DNA of 61,362 bases, the filler included. It is 8 parts of 8 records of this genome, joined end to end, with 100 filler letters (N's around TTAATTAATTAA, not from the genome) between each part and the next. Parts side by side here need not be neighbours in the genome. Positions count along the whole stretch, not along the records: positions 1 to 11,895 come from SRR31147125_23090; 7 more parts are not named here. One strand, written 5' to 3'. Below the pieces are notes generated by a model. It saw only the letters and a program-made list of their open reading frames with translations. It was not told the DNA's origin and did not search any database. Position numbers and translations under genes: made by a program. Of this stretch, positions 1 to 8,795 are shown in pieces. Position 1 is the first letter of the stretch. Each line of letters opens with the position of its first letter.

Positions 1-1108
1 TTTTGAAATCGATAACACCAAACTTACTTAGACTTTTGATACAAGATAGTGTCACATTCTCTGTAATGCTTTTTTCCAAAAGCAGCCCTGTACGTTTTCT
101 ATCCTCCGGCAAAAGCGCAATGCCATTTTCTATTGCATTCCACGGGTACTTACCCTTAAAAACTTTTTGATTAATTTTCATTTCCCCAGATTCCTTTGCT
201 ACATCAGCAAATATCAAAGACATGAGTTCTGTTCTGCCTGCTCCTACTAAGCCAGCAAACCCTAAAATCTCGCCTCTGTATAAATCGAAAGAAACATTCT
301 TGATGCCATTGCCTGAAATGTTTTTAATGCTCAAAACAACATCTTCAGTAGTATGATTTTTGTACTCAGGATAATATTTCTTCAGCTCTCTGCCTATCAT
401 CATTTTAATTAATTCTAGACGATTTGTTTGCTTAACTATCTTTTCGCCAACCATTTTCCCGTCTCTTAAAACAACTATGCGATCACAGATTTCAAATACT
501 TCTTCCAGACGGTGTGAAATATAAATGACCGATACGCCTTGCTTTTTAACATTTTCTATTATGCTAAATAAAAGTTTTGTTTCATTTGTTGTAAGCGGAG
601 CAGTTGGTTCATCTAAAATCAAAACTTTTGCCTTCAGTACTATTGCCTTTGCTATTTCAACAATCTGCATCATAGCAGGAGACAATGTACTTACATTATC
701 TTCAATATTAATATTAACACAAAAAAAATCAAAAATTTCCTTTGCCCGCTTAAGCATCGCCTTGTAGTCTACTATAAAACCGTTTCCTGGGTTATTACCC
801 ATAAAAATATTTTCAACTATTGGCAAATCAGGAACCAAGTTAAACTCCTGATAAACTGCACTGATGCCTAGCTTCCTAGCCTCCTTAGGATCCATCGAAG
901 TGTAGACTTTGCCAAAAACTTCAATGCTGCCGGAAGTGATAGTATGTGCGCCTGTCAGGCACTTAATAAGCGTCGACTTACCAGCTCCATTTTCCCCAAG
1001 GAGAGCGAGAACCTCGCCCTCCTCCAGAGAAAAGCTGACATCATCTAAAGCTATAACACCTGGAAAATGTTTGCTTATATTATTAAATGTCAGTATGTTT
1101 TTATCCAT
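1..1108 (-). CDS. Sugar ABC transporter ATP-binding protein (RbsA/MglA type); 3' end runs off the window
   Basis: Not in the ORF track because it has no stop. Manual translation from ATG at 1108 gives MDKNILTFNNISKHFPGVIALDDVSFSLEEGEVLALLGENGAGKSTLIK (Walker A), later LILDEPTA, ISHRLEEV and PEDRKRTG. Confidence 0.95.
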   Translation of the reverse strand, partial: MDKNILTFNNISKHFPGVIALDDVSFSLEEGEVLALLGENGAGKSTLIKCLTGAHTITSGSIEVFGKVYTSMDPKEARKLGISAVYQEFNLVPDLPIVENIFMGNNPGNGFIVDYKAMLKRAKEIFDFFCVNINIEDNVSTLSPAMMQIVEIAKAIVLKAKVLILDEPTAPLTTNETKLLFSIIENVKKQGVSVIYISHRLEEVFEICDRIVVLRDGKMVGEKIVKQTNRLELIKMMIGRELKKYYPEYKNHTTEDVVLSIKNISGNGIKNVSFDLYRGEILGFAGLVGAGRTELMSLIFADVAKESGEMKINQKVFKGKYPWNAIENGIALLPEDRKRTGLLLEKSITENVTLSCIKSLSKFGVIDFK

Positions 1109-1128
1109 TTCTCTACCCTTTTTTCCAT

Positions 1129-2136
1129 CTACTCTATGTAATCTGCAACGTTTCTGATATCAACCAGTATACGCTCTGCAACTACATCTTCAATTTCTCC
1201 GTTTTCAATCCAGTTAATTAGTTGAAGTCCTGTATTATATCCGCTTGCTTCAATATCTTGATATGCACATCCACGATACGGGCTGTCATCTGATGATATC
1301 ATTCTGAAGCTCTCTGCGTCGCCTTCACTTGAGAATACAAAATATTCACTTGTATCCATAACAGCAGCACTTATTTCATTTGCTGCTGCCAATGCATAGC
1401 CGTTGTTAAAGCAGAAAACATATTTTAAATCAGGGTTTGCGTTCATTAATTGTTCAGCTATATTTGAAGCGTCTTCATCTGTCTCTGCAAATTGATCGCT
1501 TACATAGTTGATCCCTTCTGCTTCACAGTAAGGTTCGATTACGCCTTTGATTGTCATCATAGCACTGTAGAAATCACTGTCTTCAACTTCGCATGCTGTC
1601 AGCCATATGCAAGCTAGATCACCTGAATCCAGATTGTTTGCTTCTCTGAAATATGCTAGAGAATCAACAAATTGTTCTCCCAGAGCTTGATAATCATTTA
1701 AAATGAAAGCATTTGCTTCAACGTCCATTGCTTGTGAGATTGTACCTATTTCAGGGTTCTCTTTGATTTTTTCTGAGTCTGATACTGCATTTATAAAGAT
1801 ACCATAGTATGCTTGTACTCCTGATGCTACCATAGTTTCAATACCACTTGCTTCAAGTTCAGCATCAAAATTATAGTCTATTTCTTGATAGTCATATCCA
1901 AACTCTTCTGCAGCTCTTTTTACGCCTGCAGCCATTTGTGCTTGGAAATCAAAAGATAAACTTGGCAATAGAACACCTATTTTGCCTTTTGGTGCTGCGT
2001 CAACAGCAGTATCTTCATTTGTGTCAGCTGTTACTTCTGTATCGTTTGTTGATTCTGTTGCAGTATCACTTTCGCTACATGCTGCAAATGAAAGAACAAG
2101 TAATAAAGATAATACTATTACAATTAGTTTTTTCAT
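1129..2136 (-). CDS. Sugar ABC transporter substrate-binding lipoprotein (RbsB-like)
   Basis: Lipobox SFAAC, acidic Thr/Asp linker, type I periplasmic-binding-protein pattern (KIGVLLPSL...FCFNNGYALAA); lies upstream of the ABC ATPase. Confidence 0.9.
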   Translation of the reverse strand: MKKLIVIVLSLLLVLSFAACSESDTATESTNDTEVTADTNEDTAVDAAPKGKIGVLLPSLSFDFQAQMAAGVKRAAEEFGYDYQEIDYNFDAELEASGIETMVASGVQAYYGIFINAVSDSEKIKENPEIGTISQAMDVEANAFILNDYQALGEQFVDSLAYFREANNLDSGDLACIWLTACEVEDSDFYSAMMTIKGVIEPYCEAEGINYVSDQFAETDEDASNIAEQLMNANPDLKYVFCFNNGYALAAANEISAAVMDTSEYFVFSSEGDAESFRMISSDDSPYRGCAYQDIEASGYNTGLQLINWIENGEIEDVVAERILVDIRNVADYIE

Positions 2137-2266
2137 GATCTTTCCTCCATACTGTTTTTAGGACATTGTCCCTTTGATATAATTAAAGCACATTTTCTTT
2201 TTAACAAAAAGACAACAAATTTTAAAAAAACCGCTCATTTTTAACGTAATATTAAAAATAGTCATT

Positions 2267-3688
2267 TTATATATCTATGATTTCTTCACATATTTCCTCT
2301 AAATAATCTATATTCGATGCGATAATAATCAATATTTTTCCTTCTCTGCTCAATGTAAGCTGCAGTTTTCTATAAATTTCTGCATTTTTTATATCGTGGT
2401 TGGAAAGGGGTGCATATATTATTAGAAATTCCGGATTAATTGCCAGCCATTTAGCTACCATTAATTCGTATTGCTGTTCATAGGATAAATTATAGCAATG
2501 ACTTCGGTTTTCAAGCCCAATACAGTGCCTTAAATTATCATACTTATTAATTACTTTATTGTACAGATATTTTGCAGTTCTCTTATTATATATAAATTTT
2601 TTTCCGAAAATTCGATTGGCATGCAAACAGACATTATCAACTGGTGATAAATTATAAAAAATAAGGTCATCTGCAAATTCTTTTGTAATAATTGAAATTC
2701 TATTTTTAACTAAATCAGAAACATTTTTTATTGATATTTTTTTGCCGCCAATATATAGTACGTTTTCATCGTTAAATTGCTTAATTAACTCACCTAATGT
2801 TTTAGGAAGCTTTTCATCAGGATCAAATATACCAATCACAGAACCTTTTGAGAACACCATAGTTCTTTCACTACTCAAATTATATATCTTTGCATATTCA
2901 TATTCATTTTTCTTATTTATAATTCTCTTTCCGTTATCCGCTTGATTATATGCATGTCCAGCGATGATATGCCGAATAATATTTTTGTCAAAATGACCGT
3001 CTCTGTTTTTATAAACAGTAGTACTTATCATGCCGTTTCTTATTACCATAATCCTTTCAATTATCTCTTCATAAAGAATTACATCATTATCGCTTTCAAA
3101 TATAACAGAAACACCAAAACCATTTAGATGTCTTATAATTCTAGATAGTTCTTTTGTCTCCTGTTCGTTTAAATACATAAATGCACTGGAAAAAATTATA
3201 ATTCTCGCACCGCCATAAATGACCTTTAAAAGTTCTAGCTTTGTTATTTCAAACTTTGAAATTGAAATAATATCCTTTTTAAATACTTCAGGATTAATTT
3301 CATTAAACAGCCATTTTGTTAATGGATCATCTATTACATAATCCATAACAGAAAACAGCTTTTTATCCCCTTTAGGAAGGCAAATATTATCAAATACACT
3401 TAAATTGTCAAACAAAAAAGGATTATCACCTATACTTGCAATTCCAAAATCATTAACAACTGTATCACTGGATAGTCTTTGCTCTTTCCCAAAAAGAAAG
3501 GTTTTACCTTCATAGTTGCTTAATTCCCCTGCCAACACTGATATCAGGCTTTTTTTGCCTGAGCGCAGCAACCCAGCTAAAGCTATAGTTTCACCTTGAT
3601 ATAAGCAAAATGTTGCATTAATAAGACCTCCATAGCGAAAATCTTCTACACTCACTCCTTCAAATCTCAATGCTTCACTTTTCATCAT
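2267..3688 (-). CDS. Degenerate double-domain sugar ABC ATPase-like protein
   Basis: RbsA-like layout, but Walker A is GLLRSGKKS, Walker B positions read IIIFSS and LIIYAP, and there is no LSGG signature. Its start overlaps the kinase stop (ATGA). Confidence 0.8.
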   Translation of the reverse strand: MMKSEALRFEGVSVEDFRYGGLINATFCLYQGETIALAGLLRSGKKSLISVLAGELSNYEGKTFLFGKEQRLSSDTVVNDFGIASIGDNPFLFDNLSVFDNICLPKGDKKLFSVMDYVIDDPLTKWLFNEINPEVFKKDIISISKFEITKLELLKVIYGGARIIIFSSAFMYLNEQETKELSRIIRHLNGFGVSVIFESDNDVILYEEIIERIMVIRNGMISTTVYKNRDGHFDKNIIRHIIAGHAYNQADNGKRIINKKNEYEYAKIYNLSSERTMVFSKGSVIGIFDPDEKLPKTLGELIKQFNDENVLYIGGKKISIKNVSDLVKNRISIITKEFADDLIFYNLSPVDNVCLHANRIFGKKFIYNKRTAKYLYNKVINKYDNLRHCIGLENRSHCYNLSYEQQYELMVAKWLAINPEFLIIYAPLSNHDIKNAEIYRKLQLTLSREGKILIIIASNIDYLEEICEEIIDI

Positions 3689-4641
3689 TCACCTGTTGAT
3701 ACCGGCAGGGTTAACGTCATCTCTGTGCCCACTCCCAGAGTACTGGCAACAAAAAGGCCGAATTCCTGTCCACAGTAAATTTTAATTCTTGTGTTTATAT
3801 TGGAAAGAGCAATACTTTGAGGGAAGGCTTCATTCATAGGATTAAAATCTATATTGTTCCCCATGAAAGAATTATTCAACGATATTATCATATCCTCTGG
3901 TATTCCCGAGCCGTTATCACTGACTACTATTCTAAATTGTGTATCACTTTCTATAAAGCGAATCGTAATCATTCCATCTTTTATTTTATTTTTTAGTCCA
4001 TGTGTCAGTGCGTTTTCCACAATTGGCTGTAAAGTCAGCTTTGGTATTGTGACTCGATGCAAAGATTCCTCATCGCATTCGTATATCCACTCTACATCAA
4101 ATCTGTTTTTAAACCTTATTCTCTGAATTTCAAGATATTTTTTTAAATGAGCTACCTCGTCACTTATAGCTACATTTGTGCTTGCATAATCCACGCTATA
4201 TTTGAACATAGATGCCAATGCCGCTACTGTGTTGGCTATATCCATAGAGTCCTTTTCTATAGCCATCCCTCTGATAGTATCTAAAGTATTGTAAAGAAAG
4301 TGAGGATTTATTTGGCTTTGCAGAGCATTTAGCTGCTCCTGCCTTTTTTGAAGCTGTATCTGCTGCATATACGTTTTGGTTTCGTTTAGCTCCTGCATCA
4401 GTTCGTTTCTTTGTGTTCTAGGCTGCTCATATGTAATTATCATTAAAATTACATATACAAAAATACCAGACAAAATTAAATATACGATAAAAAGCCAGCT
4501 TTTAGAATTAGCAAAGAACCATATGAGAACCAGCACAATTGATACAATAAGAAAGATTATAAAGTATATTTCTGCAGCCAAGATTTTTTTTTGCTGTTTA
4601 CTCATCCTATCGCCAGATGTGGATTTTATTTTTCTTGCCAT
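3685..4641 (-). CDS. Sensor histidine kinase, YesM/LytS family
   Basis: LQSQINPHFLYNTL H-box, LQPIVENA N-box, DNGSG and GVGT G-boxes; two N-terminal TM helices. Confidence 0.95.
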   Translation of the reverse strand: MARKIKSTSGDRMSKQQKKILAAEIYFIIFLIVSIVLVLIWFFANSKSWLFIVYLILSGIFVYVILMIITYEQPRTQRNELMQELNETKTYMQQIQLQKRQEQLNALQSQINPHFLYNTLDTIRGMAIEKDSMDIANTVAALASMFKYSVDYASTNVAISDEVAHLKKYLEIQRIRFKNRFDVEWIYECDEESLHRVTIPKLTLQPIVENALTHGLKNKIKDGMITIRFIESDTQFRIVVSDNGSGIPEDMIISLNNSFMGNNIDFNPMNEAFPQSIALSNINTRIKIYCGQEFGLFVASTLGVGTEMTLTLPVSTGE

Positions 4642-4643
4642 GT

Positions 4644-6230
4644 CTATTCACCTATATTGTTTTGATGCAATCTTCTGTACTCGAGCGGCTTGAGACCTAT
4701 ATGCTTTTTAAAGAGTTTGCTGAAATATGTAGCGCTGTCGTATCCAACAGCGTTTGCTATTTGAGTTAGATTTAAATCACAATTTTTTAGAAGCTCTTTA
4801 GATTTTTTAATCCTTACAGATGCTAAATATTTAATGTAATTCATTCCGGTTTCGCTTTTGAAAACAACGCTAAGATAAACAGGACTAATAAATAACTTTT
4901 CTGCGATTAGTTCCAGAGTTATTGTCTCTGCATAATGTGCATCAATATAATTTTTTGCCTGCTGTGCATACATTGATATGTTCTGCTGCTTTTCATAAAG
5001 CCTTTTGTTAATCTCTTCATCAATTATCTTAATTAACGTTGCCTTCAGATTCATCAAGGAACTACAGCTGTCAAACATCATCTCCGCATGTTTTCTGAAT
5101 GCATCTTTATCCTGAATGCTGACATTTAAATCATCAAATGCTCTTATCATCATATCTACTACAGAAAAACAAAAATCAAAAGCATAACATGGACTGTTTT
5201 CAAAAAGCTTATACTGCAAAGAAAAATAATTGTTTATCCAAGTTCTGATACTTTGCATATCTATAGCTTCAATATGACGTAAAAACTCCTGCTTTGTTCT
5301 GTTATCAATCAAGCCTTTAGTTTCTTTAACATTATTCAGATATTTTGCGTAGTAGATCTGCTTGTTCTCTGTACTTACTCTGCTGTAGCACGCAATCCTT
5401 GCAGATTTCCAGCTATTTTTAAAGTCTTGTATACGATTAACTTCAACTCCAACACCCAAATAGCATTTGTACTGTGTCTTGCCGCCTAATTCCTCCAACG
5501 CGCTTCTTAAAACTTTATCTAGTACTGGTTCAAGCAGATTATTTTTTTTATCAATATAGTTTATTACAGCCAAAAATGTAATGGCGGAGGTTCTGAATGT
5601 TTCTGTTTCGATACAAAAGTCTGACAGTTTATGCTTTAGAGATTCAGAAAACATCATTGTTAGTTTAGGTAAGAATTCTAAATCTGTTGCAACATCACTA
5701 AAGACCACTTTGATTACTGCAAATTTGCCTTCTTTAAAATTATATTGATATTTTTTATTTATAGAAAAAATGGTTTCGTTCTCAATATCCGTTTTAATTA
5801 CATCCAAAAGTCCCTGACGCACCGACTGCTTTTCCATTAGGTTTGTGAGATTTCTGTTTTCTGTATCATCTGTTATTATAGACTTAAGAGCAGCATTCAG
5901 CTCGTCCCCATCTATTGGCTTAAGCAAATATTTGGTTACACCATACTCCATTGCAGAGCGTGCATATTCAAAAACACGAAAGCCGCTTATAACAATGCAC
6001 TTACAGTGTGGATAGTTAGTGGCAACGTGCTTAATTAGTTCATTCCCAGACATGTTTGGCATCTCAATATCACAGATAAGAATATCCGCTGGATCGTTTT
6101 CAAAATGCTTAACAACATCTAATCCGTTATAGTATTCACCAACAAGACTTAGATTTAGTCCCTCCCAATTTATTAAGTGTTTTAATAAAGAACAAACATG
6201 GATTTCATCATCTGCTATGACTACTTTCAT
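4644..6230 (-). CDS. Response regulator with AraC DNA-binding domain (YesN type)
   Basis: Receiver motifs IADDE, CDIEMP and YLLKP; C-terminal AraC HTH (ISPVYLSVVFK...VGYDSATYFSKLFKK). Confidence 0.95.
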   Translation of the reverse strand: MKVVIADDEIHVCSLLKHLINWEGLNLSLVGEYYNGLDVVKHFENDPADILICDIEMPNMSGNELIKHVATNYPHCKCIVISGFRVFEYARSAMEYGVTKYLLKPIDGDELNAALKSIITDDTENRNLTNLMEKQSVRQGLLDVIKTDIENETIFSINKKYQYNFKEGKFAVIKVVFSDVATDLEFLPKLTMMFSESLKHKLSDFCIETETFRTSAITFLAVINYIDKKNNLLEPVLDKVLRSALEELGGKTQYKCYLGVGVEVNRIQDFKNSWKSARIACYSRVSTENKQIYYAKYLNNVKETKGLIDNRTKQEFLRHIEAIDMQSIRTWINNYFSLQYKLFENSPCYAFDFCFSVVDMMIRAFDDLNVSIQDKDAFRKHAEMMFDSCSSLMNLKATLIKIIDEEINKRLYEKQQNISMYAQQAKNYIDAHYAETITLELIAEKLFISPVYLSVVFKSETGMNYIKYLASVRIKKSKELLKNCDLNLTQIANAVGYDSATYFSKLFKKHIGLKPLEYRRLHQNNIGE

Positions 6231-6441
6231 AATTACCCTCCGTCTTTATATCCATTACTTATTATAGCACATCGTATCTTTATATATAACATAAATCAGC
6301 ATAATAATAACTAACCATTTTTATGATTTTTAGTACAATATTATGCAAATTGACTAAATGAATTGACTGCTAAATAAAAATTATATAAATTAAAAATATA
6401 TTTTCATCTAGTTTTAATAAATAAACTGATTTGAGGTAAAT

Positions 6442-7638
6442 ATGAAATACTATCTTTACACAGGTACATATCAAGATCAGCATTGGTTCAGCGATACTCG
6501 CAGACCAAATATTGAGTTGCTTGGAGCGATAGCCCACGGCATAGGAATAGGAAGGTATTCTTTTGATACTAAATCCGGCGAAGTTAAGCTTCTAGGGTAT
6601 ACACCTGCAAATAACAACCCAGCTACTTTATGGGTTTCTCCGAACCAAAAATTCCTTTTTGCGGCACATGAAACCAAAAATTTCGACGGAAAATTAGGCG
6701 CAGGCGGCGGAGTATCTGCATATAAAATTAATCCTAAAAACGGAGATTTATCCTTTATAAACACAGTATCTTCATGCGGCACCTTTACCGCATATGTAAC
6801 AACAGATAGAAAAGGTGAATATGTAATAGCTGCAAACCACGGCTCCTTCTTCTACACAACAGAGTTTGCAAAAACTGCAGAGGGTGATTATACGCCAAAA
6901 GTTCGCTACGATGACGGCAGCCTTGCTCTATTTCGTATAAATAAGTACGGAGGGCTTGAAGAAGCATGTGACTTGGCTGTATTAAGCGGAAAAGGACATG
7001 ATGTTTTCAACCAAAGAAGTGCTCATCCTCACGCTGTGGAAATAACAGAAGATGATTTTGTAATCGCTCCTGACAAAGGTGCAGACATTATAGATATTTT
7101 TAAACTAGACAGAAAAAATCATAAACTGGAATTTGTACAATGCCTGAGGGCAGAACCTGGCTCAGCACCAAGGCATATTGCCATACACCCAACAGAGCCA
7201 CTGTTTTTTATAATGAATGAATTTAACAATAAAATAGTTTCCTATAAGTGGAATAGAACAGGCATTGCAGAGGAAATTCAGCAAGTTTTTACAGTTCCCA
7301 TGCAGTTTGTAGGCAAAACCTATACGTCATGCGATATAAAAATGCACCCATCGGGCAAATTCATCTACGGAACAAACCATTCTTTTAAGTCCATTGTAGC
7401 CTATGAAGTACTAAAATCGGGCAATTTGAAGCTGATTGGCAATTTTAAAGAAGAAATGGGTATTTATCGGGAAATTAATATAGACCCTACTGGCCAATAC
7501 CTGTTAGCTGGTGATATAGGGACTGATTCTATAGATGTTTTTGAGATTAATCAACACACGGGACATATTAAGAAAACAGAAAACACTGCAGATGCAATCT
7601 ACCCTAGCTGTATTCACTTTGCAAAAAAAGGAGAGTAA
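6442..7638 (+). CDS. Lactonase family beta-propeller (6-phosphogluconolactonase/cycloisomerase type)
   Basis: YTGTY start, AHPH, PDKGAD, GSAPRHI, HPSGKFIY and IDPTGQYL motifs; RBS GAGGT. Confidence 0.88.
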   Translation: MKYYLYTGTYQDQHWFSDTRRPNIELLGAIAHGIGIGRYSFDTKSGEVKLLGYTPANNNPATLWVSPNQKFLFAAHETKNFDGKLGAGGGVSAYKINPKNGDLSFINTVSSCGTFTAYVTTDRKGEYVIAANHGSFFYTTEFAKTAEGDYTPKVRYDDGSLALFRINKYGGLEEACDLAVLSGKGHDVFNQRSAHPHAVEITEDDFVIAPDKGADIIDIFKLDRKNHKLEFVQCLRAEPGSAPRHIAIHPTEPLFFIMNEFNNKIVSYKWNRTGIAEEIQQVFTVPMQFVGKTYTSCDIKMHPSGKFIYGTNHSFKSIVAYEVLKSGNLKLIGNFKEEMGIYREINIDPTGQYLLAGDIGTDSIDVFEINQHTGHIKKTENTADAIYPSCIHFAKKGE

Positions 7639-7642
7639 ATAT

Positions 7643-8782
7643 ATGAATTCAGATAAAACAATTTTACACGTCGGCAGTTTTCAACCTCAATTCAAAACAT
7701 CTCTTATGGCCGATATGGATGTAAACGGCGAGGGTAACGGCATTTACTCCTATTTGCTGGATGAATCTACTGGAGAATTAGAGCCCTTCAATCAATTATA
7801 TGGTATAATTAACCCAGCAAAATTCTGCTGCAATAATAAAAATATGATTTTTGCAGCCAGCGATACAAACGACTTTATAAACTGGAATGCTGGCTCCGGC
7901 GGAGGTATCTATTCATTAAATCAGGATAAAAACGAGCTGAATCTAAAAGATTTCAGATCATCCTGCGGAGTAAGGGCAGTAGATGTATGCTGCGATATGA
8001 ACGGCGAGTATATTATTGTGCTTAATCAAGGCAGTTTGTTTTGCACCACTCAATTTGTAGAATCTGAATCCGGCAAATATACTGCAGATATCCACTTTGA
8101 CGAAAAGGCTGTAGTGTTGTTTAAAATGGATGATAACGGCGCATTGAAGGTATGTGACCGCTACATTCTGCCAGAGAGTGAAAGCGCTGTTCCTCAATCA
8201 ATAAAAATTGATAAAGATAACTACATATACATAGTTTCATCTAATACAGATAATATTACAATAATGAAACTGGATACTAAATCCGAAACTCTATTGCCTG
8301 TTACAGTATTGTCCAGCGATACAGCAAGAGGCTTGAAAGACATTGAACTGCACCATCAATTGCCTGTGTTTTATATTTCCTGCAGTGAAAGCGGAGAAAT
8401 ACTAGTATATTATTTCGATAAAGAGAAAGAGCAGATTAATCTGCTTCATAAAGCTGAAGAAGAAAAGAAAAGTAATCCGGGATATATCGTAATAAACAGC
8501 AATAATAATCATCTTTATTCATTTGACAGCAAGCATAAAGAAGCCAAAGTATATGCTATAACACAGGAAGGAAAACTAGTTTTAAAGCAGAGAAAAACTA
8601 TAGATGCAAATATTGAACACAGCTTTTTCAATGTTGCAGTATCCAAATCCGGCAAATGGCTTTTATGCACTGATATGTTGTGCAGCAAAATATATATTTT
8701 AGAAATAATGAACGACGGACAATTAGGCGAAAATATAAAAACAGCAGATTCTAAAACGCCAACAGGGATGATATTAATTTGA
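7643..8782 (+). CDS. Second lactonase-like beta-propeller paralogue with eroded catalytic motifs
   Basis: ATG at 7643 follows AGGAG, 4 nt after the upstream stop. Collinear with 6442..7638 (GSGGGIYS, SSCGVRAV, QGSLFCTTQF) but lacks HPH and PRH. Confidence 0.75.
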   Translation: MNSDKTILHVGSFQPQFKTSLMADMDVNGEGNGIYSYLLDESTGELEPFNQLYGIINPAKFCCNNKNMIFAASDTNDFINWNAGSGGGIYSLNQDKNELNLKDFRSSCGVRAVDVCCDMNGEYIIVLNQGSLFCTTQFVESESGKYTADIHFDEKAVVLFKMDDNGALKVCDRYILPESESAVPQSIKIDKDNYIYIVSSNTDNITIMKLDTKSETLLPVTVLSSDTARGLKDIELHHQLPVFYISCSESGEILVYYFDKEKEQINLLHKAEEEKKSNPGYIVINSNNNHLYSFDSKHKEAKVYAITQEGKLVLKQRKTIDANIEHSFFNVAVSKSGKWLLCTDMLCSKIYILEIMNDGQLGENIKTADSKTPTGMILI

Positions 8783-8795
8783 AAGGAAACAAATA

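Noticed and set aside
525-1157. Plus-strand ORFs 525..767 and 909..1157 that resemble database 'hypothetical proteins'
   Set aside because: They are antisense shadows of the sugar ABC ATPase on the minus strand.
2199-2244. TTTTAA direct repeats at about 20-bp spacing as AraC-type regulator sites
   Set aside because: The region is very AT-rich and the spacing is uneven (21 and 19), so this cannot be told from chance.
7535-7642. N-terminal extension of the second lactonase in the ORF track
   Set aside because: It overlaps the upstream gene. ATG 7643 has an RBS and aligns with the paralogue's start.
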